This document shows, piece after piece, positions 1 to 11,200 of a stretch of DNA of 64,000 nucleotides. The notes beneath the pieces are model-generated. The model worked only from the letters and a program-made list of their open reading frames with translations, had not been told where the DNA came from and searched no databases. The DNA comes from Macrostomum hystrix (lineage: Eukaryota > Animalia > Platyhelminthes). The stretch lies in assembly GCA_950097015.1 (NCBI GenBank), contig CATNEN010000011.1, positions 2,914,001 to 2,978,000 of the forward strand, read 5' to 3'. The translations under genes were made by a program, and so were the position numbers. Within the stretch, counting starts at the first letter, position 1; every line of letters starts with the position of its first letter.

Positions 1-775
1 GAATCAATAGAATGAGAATAATTGGGAATTAGTAGAATGAGGATAATTTGGGATCAATAGAATGAGAATAATTGGGAATTAGTAGAATGAGGATAATTGG
101 GAATTAGTAGAATGAGGATAATTGGGAATTAGTAGAATGAGAATAATTGGGAATTAGTAGAATGAGGATAATTTGGGATCAATAGAATGAGAATAATTGG
201 GAATTAGTAGAATGAGGATAATTGGGAATTAGTAGAATGAGGATAATTGGGAATTAGTAGAATGAGGATAATTGGGAATTAGTAGAATGAGGATAATTGG
301 GAATTAGTAGAATGAGGATAATTGAGAATCAATAGAATGAGGATAATTGGGAATTAGTAGAATGAGGATAATTTGGAATCAATAGAATGAGAATAATAGG
401 GAATTAGTAGAATGAGGATAATTTGGGATCAATAGAATGAGAATAATTGGGAATTAGTAGAATGAGGATAATTGAGAATCAATAGAATGAGGATAATTGG
501 GAATTAGTAGAATGAGGATAATTGAGAATCAATAGAATGAGGATAATTGGGAATTAGTAGAATGAGGATAATTGGGAATTAGTAGAATGAGGATAATTGG
601 GAATTAGTAGAATGAGGATAATTGAGAATCAATAGAATGAGGATAATTGGGAATTAGTAGAATGAGGATAATTGGGAATCAATAGAATGAGGATAATTGG
701 GAATTAGTAGAATGAGGATAATTGGGAATCAAAAGAATGAGGATAATTGGGATTCGATAGAATGGGGGATAATTG
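1..775. repeat. 25-bp minisatellite (GGGAATTAGTAGAATGAGGATAATT and GAGAATCAAT variant), truncated by window start
   Basis: Unit recurs at 201 and 226 (period 25); two interleaved variants. Confidence 0.95.
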
Positions 776-1044
776 GAAATCGACAGACTGAGGATAATTA
801 GGGAGTCAATATAATACTCTTCTAATATTTAAGATAACTATTATGAAATCTATAAAATGAAGATGATTTGAAGTATGAAAAAGTAATTTCGGGAAATTAA
901 GGCAAACTGCAAGCCGTTAGTGCTTGTCAAATCAACTGGTTGGAAATTATTTGCAGCCAAGGTGTATAAAAACTTAGCACTACGAACTGACTTGCGAGAA
1001 GTATTGTCTTAAATAAATTAACAACATCTCTGAAAATTTTTAAG

Positions 1045-1249
1045 CAACGAAGACGATGAGCTGACCTACTACGATTCGCACACAATGCGACGACTTACTA
1101 ACACAGAGATTCGCGATCAACTATTAAAAGATGGCTACAATTTGGACGATCAACAAGAGGCTGACGATCTTGACCTCATACCCCCCAGACCCATTGAGGA
1201 GAGGGGCTTCTATTGTTGCAACTATTTTATATCCTGTGAAATTCTCTAG
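1045..1249 (+). other. Possible terminal coding exon of a gene extending off the left edge
   Basis: TTTTAAG acceptor at 1044, then an open frame (NEDDELTYYDSHTMRRLTNTEIRDQLLKDGYNLDD...) to TAG at 1247-1249; no recognised homology. Confidence 0.2.
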
Positions 1250-1764
1250 TCTGTTAATGACCGCTTGATTTGCCTTTGCTTTCATGCTTTCGATTCTCAA
1301 TAGTTCGTTTAGATTGATTTTCATTTAGAACTAGATCTAGACAGGTTGATGAACACCTAGCTTGCACAGCCACAGTCCGTGCATCCCCATATAATTCAGG
1401 AACTCAATAGATTAATAAAATGATTTAGAAATATGCTTTTGAATAGCCAAATCGGCAACAAAATTGTTTACTTAACAAAATTATTGTAGACTTCTAAATG
1501 AGCCTTTTGTTGATTTTGGCAGAACTGTCAGTTGGACAGTACACGCAAGCGCATCTTTGCTTTTGTCATGTTCGTAAATTCGTTTGCATTATCAACATAC
1601 AATTGTTCACAGTTTCTGCATAATTAAATTTTTATTCTGAACGTGTATATACACAAATAGATCAATGAACTAAGCTTTGCTATTTTCTCAAAGGCTAGAA
1701 TATGAACAGTCTGATATTTTCTAATCATTATTTTCCAATTGGATAGAAAATGCTACTGTTCTCT

Positions 1765-2265
1765 GATTGGCTAGATAGTCGAGAAAGTGCTCTTACAAGT
1801 ATTATCTGATTGGCTAGTAAGTCGAGGAAGAGCTCTTATTATCTGATTAGCTAGAAAGTCGAGGAAGTGCTCTTATTATCTGATTAGCTAGAAAGTCGAG
1901 GAAGTGCTCTTATTATCTGATTGGCTAGAAAGTCGAGGAAGAGCTGTTATTATCTGATTGGCTAGAAAGTCGAGGAAGAGCTGTTATTATCTGATTGGCT
2001 AGAAAGTCGAGGAAGTGCTCTTATTATCTGATTGGCTAGAAAGTCGAGGAAGTGCTCTTATTATCTGATTGGCTAGAAAGTCGAGGAAGTGCTCTTATTA
2101 TCTGATTGGCTAGAAAGTCGAGGAAGTGCTCTTATTATCTGATTGGCTAGAAAGTCGAGGAAGAGCTGTTATTATCTGATTGGCTAGAAAGTCGAGGAAG
2201 AGCTGTTATTATCTGATTGGCTAGAAAGTCGAGGAAAAGCTGTTATTATCTGATTGGCTAGAAAG
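1765..2265. repeat. 37-bp minisatellite (TATTATCTGATTGGCTAGAAAGTCGAGGAAGTGCTCT)
   Basis: TTGG at 1921 and 1958 (period 37); each unit carries ATTGG (reverse CCAAT). Confidence 0.95.
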
Positions 2266-3264
2266 AGAAAATGCGACTAATCTATAATTGGTTAAAAAGA
2301 GAAATTACTGTTACTCAGATTTTATAAGATTCAAGACATTATCTTGTTAGTTAAAATATTATTTTGTTCAATTAATTGTCAATTATTTATTTCATCTTAT
2401 GGCCTTATCATATTAGAACTCAATATTCATTCGCATATCTTAAAAATTAAACTCTTTTTTCATTTTGCATGAACGATCACAATGACTCGAGTTTCATTTG
2501 TAATATAAAGACTTAATTTTTTGCTTGACTTTTTGTTACGGTCAAATTTATTGCTGGCTTAAATATATGGGACAAAATAATATTCTCAACATAGCTACTT
2601 ACACAGGCTTGTAAGTAGTAGCTGCAGCGCGCGCTATTGGTCCGCTTCAATTAGCTTGTGTAATTTAAGCTATTCGCTCTTAGGTTTGCTTGCAGTATTT
2701 TTCTGTCTAGTTTTGCTTTTTTGTTTCATGCATAATGTTTTTCACACATTGGCTTTCTGTTGTTTCCTAGCTGTCGTTGTTCTATTTAATTTAAATTATT
2801 ATATTGTCGCTGTTTTTCTCTAAAGCACATAAACTATTGTGCAGTCTTCCCAGTTAAGTAGATGAAACAGCTTAACGACAATTGAACAGTGTTGAACACA
2901 ATGTTCGCGTCTCATTTTTTACCAGAAATCAATCAAGAAATGAAATGGAAACGTGTTTTAATGTTTTGTGTTTTCATTGTCTCCTGTTTCAGTATCAGCT
3001 ATATTTGATTTGTAAAATTAAATGTTTCATTAAAATGTGGAATCTATGAATTTTATGATAAAAGCTTTTAAAAGGTAAACAAAGTTGTACTTTTTATTTC
3101 TGCATTTTTTAACTACAATGCAGTTGTGGTATCGAGTTAATTACTATGATATCAACTATCCTGACTATAAATATAAATGAAATCTATAACGCACGCACCT
3201 TTAACAGTCTCGGGCTTCTGGTAAATCACTAGTTAATCCTGGTTAATTAGATGGCCATCTACTT

Positions 3265-3900
3265 ATCGACACAAATCCCACAGTCACAATATATGGCTGA
3301 TTCCCAATTTCCCCCCACACAGATCCCACAGTCACATTAATGTCCAGATCAAAGAGGCGGAGGCGAGAAAAGTGGCGGTACGAACATGGCGACGCAGGCC
3401 CTAAAGCGATTAAGCATTAAGCAGTGTATTTTTGGACGAAGAAATAAAACGACCGGAGGTAAAAGCAAAAAGAAGAAAGAAAAATTTTGACAATTGAGCA
3501 GCAGCGACACCCTCTCACGCTGAGAGAGTTGTCAAATAAAACTACGTGGTAGGCACGTGCCCCGGGAATTAGGGGTGGTGGTGATAGTGCACACGCTCAG
3601 TACGTAAAACACGCAAGGTAGCGCAAACTAGGATGTACAGCTAGGTGAGCAGAGTGACTGGTAAAGAGAAGGTAGCGAGGCGGATTGCTCAAACATTAAA
3701 AGCGGTTAAAGCCGCAAGCTTTACCCGCCTAATAAATAGCTGATTCCCAATTATCCGACACTCACAATATATTGTTGATTCCCCGTTATCCCACACAGCT
3801 CCCAAGCTCACAATATGCCCGATTCCTCATTATCCCACAATCACAAATGGTGGCTAATTCCCCAGCATCCCACACATATCCCACAGTCACACAATATTCA
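3265..3900. repeat. Degenerate CCCACAGTCAC/GCTGATTCCC array split by a ~390-bp unrelated insert (~3345-3735)
   Basis: The same motifs occur at 3270-3340 and 3740-3900. Confidence 0.6.
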
Positions 3901-3904
3901 ACTA

Positions 3905-4480
3905 ACCCCTCTACGACCGAAGCCCCGCCAAGGAAGAATTGTTGGCGCCGCCCTGGAAGGTCCCTCGGAGTCGCCAGCAGCTGTTTTGCTCTCTAAAGTT
4001 GGAATTATTCAGCGGTTTCGTCTGCCCAGTCACAGGGGGGATTATAGTGGCAGCACGGATGTCTCGTGTTTGGCGCAGAAAGTGCTAAACAGTTCGCCGA
4101 GGTGTTCGATGCTGGGATTTGACCCACGTGTTTATACGCGAGTATATAACGCAGGACGAGGGGCTCAGGCCCCTATAAGGATCCTGAGGCACCAATCTTT
4201 GCTAGCGAGTCGGCTTGCTCATCGCCTTCGATCTCCACATGTCCCGGCACGAAATTAAGGGTGATGCTGAAGGAACCCCACATGCTATGCTATCCAGGAC
4301 TGTAGCCGAGTTGCTATTGCAGCTACAGGTGAAACCGCCAAATGCCTATAACGACGTCTTCTTGATTTTTGGAATGGAAAAGTATGTCTTAGCCGGCAAC
4401 AACAGTGGCGAGCAGCTAGTTTTCTAGACATGGGAAGCGACAGACTGCCCAACTGATAAATGAACATAACTGTAGACGAT
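3905..4480 (-). mobile_element. Degenerate RNase H-bearing non-LTR retrotransposon fragment (I/LOA/R1-like)
   Basis: Minus strand near 4260-4155 reads TLNFVPGHVEIEGDEQADSLAKIGASGSL*GPEP, matching the WVPGHxGIxGNExADxLAK...GPEP RNase H motif; internal stop. Confidence 0.7.
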
Positions 4481-4547
4481 AGTTGATACTTGCTTAAAAT
4501 ACTTGCCTAAAAACGTCCTTACCTTACTGTTACCATAAATTTATTTC

Positions 4548-4595
4548 AGGGCAGTTGTACACACCTGTATGAGTCCCTGGCTGCGGGTACCTCCG
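4548..4595 (+). mobile_element. Collapsed fragment of SINE family 1
   Basis: CAGGGCAGTTGTACACACCTGTATGAG joined directly to TGGCTGCGGGT; both segments occur, further apart, in full copies (e.g. 18290-18400). Confidence 0.5.
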
Positions 4596-5140
4596 GGATT
4601 ATTACTTTGATTTTTAACTAGAACAAGTTTATGCATAAAAGCAACATGCGCTCCTAGAAATTTCTATATACGCAATTATGACGCATTTACATGTAATTAG
4701 TATGCACTTGGTTTGCTAGTTCTTTCGTGACTACGCACAGGGACGAAATATTTTTTCGCACAAACAAAAACTGTGCGAAAATGAAGTTTCGAAGTTATTA
4801 AAATGCCCTTATACTCGTAGCCGCGACAGCACTCTGAGCTCGCAAGGAACAATCACTGTATAGTTAAGTGGCGACATTCAGCTGCAAGAAGCCATGCTTT
4901 TTCTGTCTGCTGGCTTTAAGCGGGCATGTGAAATTTTAATCAGGACTCTTATCTCTTGCCTGGCTGCAAGCCAAGTCCCTTATGGGCGTGGCAAATCAAG
5001 TCAGCGCTGGACCGTTGCTGCACAACAAAAACTAGGAGAAGCAGTAAAAACAGCAGAAAAAAGGCAGCCCTGATTGTTGCGAACTCGACAGAGAAGCCTC
5101 TTTTTTACTGCGGTTGTTGGTTTCTGCTCGTAGATCAGCC

Positions 5141-7342
5141 ATGAGCTGCTGCTGCGCTGACGATTCGGAGGACAATGACGTTGAGATGCGAGAGCGAGGC
5201 GATGCCAGGAGCGGTGTCAGCGAGCAGCAGAAGCAGTCAGACGAGGACCAGGCGTACAGGGTGAAGACGACGGATCGCAGCTGCACGGATGTGCTGTGCC
5301 TGCTGTTGTTCATTGTGTGCATCTGCGGCCTGGGAGTTGTGGCCTTCTTTGCCAGCAGTGGCGATCCCTACACCCTGCTGTATCCCACCGACTCGCAGGG
5401 CAATCTGTGCGGCAGGTCGAACCGAACCGTCACCCTGCGCCATCTGGTGTTCTTCGACCTGCTGGAGTGCTTCAAGATGGGCCCGCGCGGCATTATCGCT
5501 GGCGGTTGTCCGACGCCGCAGGTGTGCGTTGAAAGGTGTCCGAATCGCAACTGGGCCTGGATGGATCTGTGGCTGCGCGAGGAGGCTCAGGGCAGGAGAG
5601 ACGTCGTCAGGCGCGCGGAGGAGATGATCTGTCGCTATGGCGATCCGCAGAACGACACGAAGCTGAGCGTGTTCGATTTGGTCAAAAGCGGCCAGTGCGC
5701 GCCCTATTATTTGAATTCGACATCAGTTGGTGGCCGCTGTATTCCGTCGATATTTTCAAAAGCTCTCGATTTGCTAGCAGAAATTCAATCGCCTAATGGC
5801 ACAGAATTGCGTACTGGCGACAATGCGACGGTGATTCGGTATACGGACATTGCCAACGCTAGCAGCTATCTTAGTACGTTTCTCAGCACCATTTCTATCG
5901 CCCAAAACATCTTTAACGATGTTGTAACCAGTCGGTTCTTAATCCTTGGCGGAATTGGCATTGGGGCAGTTGTGGCGTTCACCTGGTGCGTGCTATTGCG
6001 CTGCACGGCTGCACTGATGGTCTACGGCAGCCTTCTTATCTTCTTTCTGCTCTTCGTCGGCATTGCTGGCTACTGCTTTTTCATATACTTCTTCGATGCA
6101 ACGCTTCGTTCCTTTCAAGACACCCTGGGCAATTCTTACTTTACTACAAACTTCTCAGTTTACCTGAGAATTAAGGAGACCTGGTTGGCTTTCGGTATCA
6201 CGGCAGGTGTCGTGATGCTGATTGTGCTGCTGATTCTACTGTGCCTCAGGAAGCGGCTGCAGCTAGCCGTTGCTCTGATCAAAGAGGCCAGCAAGGCCAT
6301 CGCCGGTATCTCGAGCACACTGTTCTTTCCGATCTGGCCTTTGCTGTTTCAAATCGCGGTTATTGCCGTATTTACACTGAACGCAGTTTTACTGGCGTCC
6401 ACCGGCAGAAAGGTGTTCGCGCATTCAAACAGCACCACGGGTCAAACTGAGCCGTGCGACGATGAGACCGACTTTGTCACCTGTCAATTTATTCGCTATG
6501 GCAGCAACGAGTGGTCTTACTACCTGCAGGGCTACAACCTGTTCATGGGCTTCTGGCTGAGCGCTTTTGTTGTGTCGTTCGGTCAGCTGGTCCTGGCGGG
6601 TGCGTTCGCCTCGTACTACTGGGCGTGGGAGAAGCCCAAGGACATCCCAGCCCTGCCGATTCTCTACTCCCTTGGCAGAGCGGCTCGCTATCACCTGGGG
6701 ACCGTGGCTTTCGGCTCACTTTTGATTGCCATCGTCAAGTTCATTCGCGCCATCCTCAGCTACCTGCAGAGCAAGCTGAAAGGCCGTCAGAATCTTCTAG
6801 TGAAGTTCTTCTTCTGCTGTCTGCAATGCTTCTTTTGGTGTCTGGAGAAATTTTTGAAGTTTTTGACAAAGAATGCCTACATCGTCACGGCTATTAATGG
6901 GAAAAATTTCTGCCTGGCAGCGAAGCAGGCTTTTGGCATCATCCTCAGCAACTGTGTGCGGTTCGCCGTGGTTGACAATGTCACGGGCTTCATCTTATTC
7001 GTTGGAAAGCTGATTGTCACCGGCCTTGTCACCGCTGTGGCCTTCCTATTTTTCAATGGCCAGATCAGAATTCACTCATCCTTAGAGGTGGACTTGCACT
7101 ACTTCTTTGTTCCAGTGATCTTAATTGGCATCTCAACCTGGATAATTTGCTCGCTGTTCTTCAGCGTCTTCGACTTCGCTGTCGACACAATGTTCCTGTG
7201 CGCGATGGTCGACGTGTCCAAAAATGACGGTTCGAAGGAGAAGCCCTACTTTATGTCCAAGAGTCTGATGAAAGCCTTGGATGTGAAGAACCAATTTTCT
7301 GACGGCGATCCAGACAATAGAGAAGGCTGCTGCTGCTGCTGA
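5141..7342 (+). CDS. SLC44A: Choline transporter-like protein (SLC44/CTL family, CTL2/4/5-like), single exon, 733 aa
   Basis: ATG at 5141 in the 742-aa ORF; R-SCTDVLC-LLF, YPTDSQGNLCG, CPTPQVCVERCP, RYHLGTVAFGSL, WCLEKFLKFLTKNAYI and DTMFLC motifs; about 10 hydrophobic segments. Confidence 0.95.
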   Translation: MSCCCADDSEDNDVEMRERGDARSGVSEQQKQSDEDQAYRVKTTDRSCTDVLCLLLFIVCICGLGVVAFFASSGDPYTLLYPTDSQGNLCGRSNRTVTLRHLVFFDLLECFKMGPRGIIAGGCPTPQVCVERCPNRNWAWMDLWLREEAQGRRDVVRRAEEMICRYGDPQNDTKLSVFDLVKSGQCAPYYLNSTSVGGRCIPSIFSKALDLLAEIQSPNGTELRTGDNATVIRYTDIANASSYLSTFLSTISIAQNIFNDVVTSRFLILGGIGIGAVVAFTWCVLLRCTAALMVYGSLLIFFLLFVGIAGYCFFIYFFDATLRSFQDTLGNSYFTTNFSVYLRIKETWLAFGITAGVVMLIVLLILLCLRKRLQLAVALIKEASKAIAGISSTLFFPIWPLLFQIAVIAVFTLNAVLLASTGRKVFAHSNSTTGQTEPCDDETDFVTCQFIRYGSNEWSYYLQGYNLFMGFWLSAFVVSFGQLVLAGAFASYYWAWEKPKDIPALPILYSLGRAARYHLGTVAFGSLLIAIVKFIRAILSYLQSKLKGRQNLLVKFFFCCLQCFFWCLEKFLKFLTKNAYIVTAINGKNFCLAAKQAFGIILSNCVRFAVVDNVTGFILFVGKLIVTGLVTAVAFLFFNGQIRIHSSLEVDLHYFFVPVILIGISTWIICSLFFSVFDFAVDTMFLCAMVDVSKNDGSKEKPYFMSKSLMKALDVKNQFSDGDPDNREGCCCC

Positions 7343-8220
7343 GTACAATATGCACTGAGAAATTTGCATGTCGAGACGATGTTGAATTAGAAATTCTGTA
7401 ACTCCCTGCTAAGTTCATTGTAAATTAAGAAAACGCGTTTCTTATTAATCAAATAAGAATCCATAGGTGCTTCCTTTGTAATTAGAAGCCTAATTAGAAA
7501 ACCATTTTGATCCACTTTTGATCTACTGATATTTCATACTTTAACAGATTTTTTCTAATATTTAAAATATAAAACTGAGTTGTTCCAAGATTTTTTTAAG
7601 TCAAATAAAAGCAAATTGACATTTTTAACGACAAAATATATTTACATATTTTAATGAAGTTTATATGTGAACAGTTGGCAAAAAAAGATTTTTTATAACA
7701 TACAAACAAGTGGCGGTAAGAGATGATGGCAGTAAAAACCAAACAATGATAAAATACATACATACATACATACATACATACGAGTACAAATGACACAAAA
7801 CATAACAAGAAGCATATGCGACTCAATACTTTTCCACGACTAACTATAATGCAATTCTATTAAATAACTTCCTTCAGTAAAGTTCAATTTTTTCTGCATT
7901 GTAAATTAATTTATTGAAATGATACCACTGGCTTAGTCGTTTGAGCGTTTGAGCGTTTTTAGCTCGTATATAAAAATTAACAACCAAAATTTCATATTCT
8001 TGCACTTTGTTTTTTACAAGGGACAAAGGTTTATAAAATATCAGTAGAAAAGCACAAATGCCATCTGTACTACACTTTTTGTGTAGTTCTACGTGGCAAA
8101 AAAGCTGAAGAAAATGTCATCCTATTTGACTTCTTGACCAGCAAATTATTTTTTCATACAAAGGACTGTACACACACATGGAAGCAATTCACGTTTGTTA
8201 GAACCTACTGATGATTATTG

Positions 8221-11200
8221 TCACGGCGCGCTGCATCTTCTCAGGCCGTGCACTTTGGCTAGCGCTCGAAGCCAGAAGACGGTGTGCGCATTGTCCACGT
8301 ACAGTAAGTCGGCAGCGTCCGAGCCGAGCACCAATGCTTTGATGACGCCCTGGCAGCTGTACTGTGGCACCAGGCTGATGCAGGACGGATCCAGCAGCTT
8401 CCTAGAAGCAATGTCCCTCGCTGATAGGCAACAGAGAAGCCACACGCAGCGGTCGCTTGCCATAATGAGACGATAACGCCGACCATCGGCCTCAAAGCCG
8501 GTGCCCGAACTGACAGACCAGGCGAGACTGACGCTAGCGTCGCAGCCGATGCCGCATCCGTAGTCGCCGCTTGGCGAAGCCGCCTTAGGCAGCGGATGAC
8601 AGTCAAGCAGGGTGTCGAGGGCCAAGGCTTCGCCAGAGGTCAAGTGCCACAGGGAGAAGCGGCTATTGTCAAAGGCGCCAGCCAGCAGTCGGCCACCTGG
8701 CGCAAATCTGACGCTGCGCAGCGGTGTTGCCTTGCGCGCAGCGACTGACACGGGCTCCTCCTGAGCTCTGATTGCCCACAGCATCAGGCGACCGTTGCTC
8801 AGGCCGCCAGCTGCATAGCGTCCATCGTCGCTGATGTCCAGACAGACTAACGTTGTGGCTGAATCGACATCGGCACTATCGATGCTGCCGCCATCGATGA
8901 TGCTTAAAGATTCCGTGACAAAGTGCCAAGTTCGAGGCGTCAGAACCACAGCTTGAACCTCCTCTGGATTGGAAATCGCATTCGGCATTCGGAGTGGCAT
9001 CAGGCGATCGTGCTCGAAGTCTCGCTTGCAGATGCGTTCAAAGCGCTTGTTTCCATAGAGAACTAGCGATCTGGACTTGTCCGAGCCGATGAACCCACCG
9101 CCGTCGGGTAGCATGGCCACTTCGCGGATGACAACTGCCTCAGGTTTGTATGTGAACGTCCAGCTTCCGCCGCCGTTTTTCATTGCGCTAACTATGCCTT
9201 TTGGGAATGTGAAAACTGCACTCTTAGCGTCTGACGCCAGGCCGACTGCCAAGACTTTGCCCAGCTGAGAACCCTCGCCCTTGTATTTTCCGACGTGTCT
9301 CAGGTTGCCATTCTCTGTGGACTCAAGAATCAGCAATGATCTTCGAACTGATTGGCATGCCATCACAATTTGGTTGTTGTGACTTGATACTGCGTCATAA
9401 ACTGTGCGCACGCGCAATGTGCAGCACTCGTTCCCGAAAAATATCGAGCTCTGCCTATTCACATTCCGTTTAAAGCAGGGTGACGAAGCGGGGATATTGA
9501 CTCGCCATTTGGTTAGCACGCTCTCGCTGGATAACTCCGACAATGAATAAAGACTCTGTTCGCCGAAGTTCAAGCAGCGCGCTCTCGTTCCTGACCCGTT
9601 GAATTCATTGACAAGCTCGAGTGTAACTCCTCCGGTAATTGAGGACGAGTCAACAATGACCCGATAAAGATAAATATGGGCTTTGCTGGTGCTAACTGCT
9701 AAGTAGGCGCCTTTGTCGGACAAAGCTATGCTTGTGAATTCCGCAGAGTTTTGGCCCTGCTCAGTCGCTAGCGTCCTGAGTGTGTAGGGATCCCAAATAT
9801 GAATTTCGTGCTTTGAGATTGTAACAATGAGCCTCGAGTTAGGCTGTATGTCGAATAGCATGGACTGTATAGGTGCGTCCCGCTGCTCCTGAAAGCCGGT
9901 GTACTTTCTGACGCTAGAAGACTCCACATTGTCATTGGGCCTCGTTTCGTACACGTATGCGCAACAGTCTGGCCCAGTGACAACGATTGATGAATCACTG
10001 CTGGCAATGTGATTGACGCTTAAGTTCGTCTGTGCTTTCTTGTCAATTTGGTAGTCAAAGGAGCAATTGATAAATGTTCCAGTAACGGTTAGCTCGTAAA
10101 TCCTGCCGTTTTGGCTGCCGACAATAAGTCTATGCTCGTCTAAGAAGCACACAGCCGTAAACTCCGTGTTACTTTGCTCGTCATCTCGCCAGAGTATCTG
10201 AGCTGGAGTTCGCTCGTCGTCCTTCTCGTTGCTGCTCGTCCTGTGTCTGGGTCGTTCAATTGGGAAGAGCAAGGTGTATCGTTTGTTGTCTTTTTGCATC
10301 GATGGCGACATCAGATTGGCTGCGTCAAGTGTGAACTCTGGCAGCTGGTATCGAATTATACTGGAGGCAGTTAGCAGCCAAATCGAGTCGCTCTCTGATC
10401 CAAAAAAGGCTGAGACCACATGATCGCTGTCAAACTCTTTGTCTTGTCGGCGATACAATGTGCTCCTTGTCATCAGATCTTTAATTACCACAGAGCAATC
10501 GCTCACTACAATGACGTGAGTAAAAGTCTTATTAAAGGTGTAAGACCTCACGTTGCAGCCCAGTTCGAGAGTATCCGCGATCTGTTTCTCAGTCTGCGCT
10601 TTGTTCATCCAATGGTAGAAGCAGGAGCTGTGTGGGTGCTGCATTGCGCAGTTCCTGACGTGCTGCTGCAAGCTGTCTCCCTCAGCGAAATTCAACGCCA
10701 GCTGAATTATGGCGGATGCCGACTGATCGCCTGCAAGGCTCAAGCTTTGAATGCGGAATTCCGGAGAGCGAATGAAGCTCTCCATTTCCTGCCAGGTGTC
10801 TTTGCGCTGCAGGTCGAGGGCTTTTACCGCGAACCGATAGCTGAATGCCAGGCTATCCGGGCCGACCTTGCAGCAGAGCCAGGATAGAAAGTCGAAGTCC
10901 AGCAGCAAATCGCGTTTCTCATCAATGGGCACACTCCCGTCACTGACTAGGTGATAGATGAAGTTGTACGCCAAGTAGTCACAATCGTCTTCCATGTCGT
11001 GCCAGCTTGCGCAATCCTTTCGACACTGCAGTACGTTGCTGACGAACTCTGAGTTATACTTGACTGTCTCTGTTCTGAACTTGGTGCGCAAGCTTGACAC
11101 GATAATGTCATGGAGTGTGATCGCCTGCATATCAGACTTTATATTTTCCTCAGTGGCGATTGATCGATGAACAAAGAGTTCCATCTTTTCACAAGCCTCT

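Noticed and set aside
3345-3735. ~390-bp insert splitting a degenerate array, considered as a Helitron or MITE
   Set aside because: Only a 6-bp AGGCGG/CCGCCT inverted match is present; there are no TC...CTRR termini at an A|T site and no TSD.
10420-10887. 155-aa plus-strand ORF and other short ORFs overlapping SLC44, Apaf-1-like, FN3-TM, PDSS2-like and WDR48
   Set aside because: They are antisense or alternative-frame shadows of GC-rich coding sequence.
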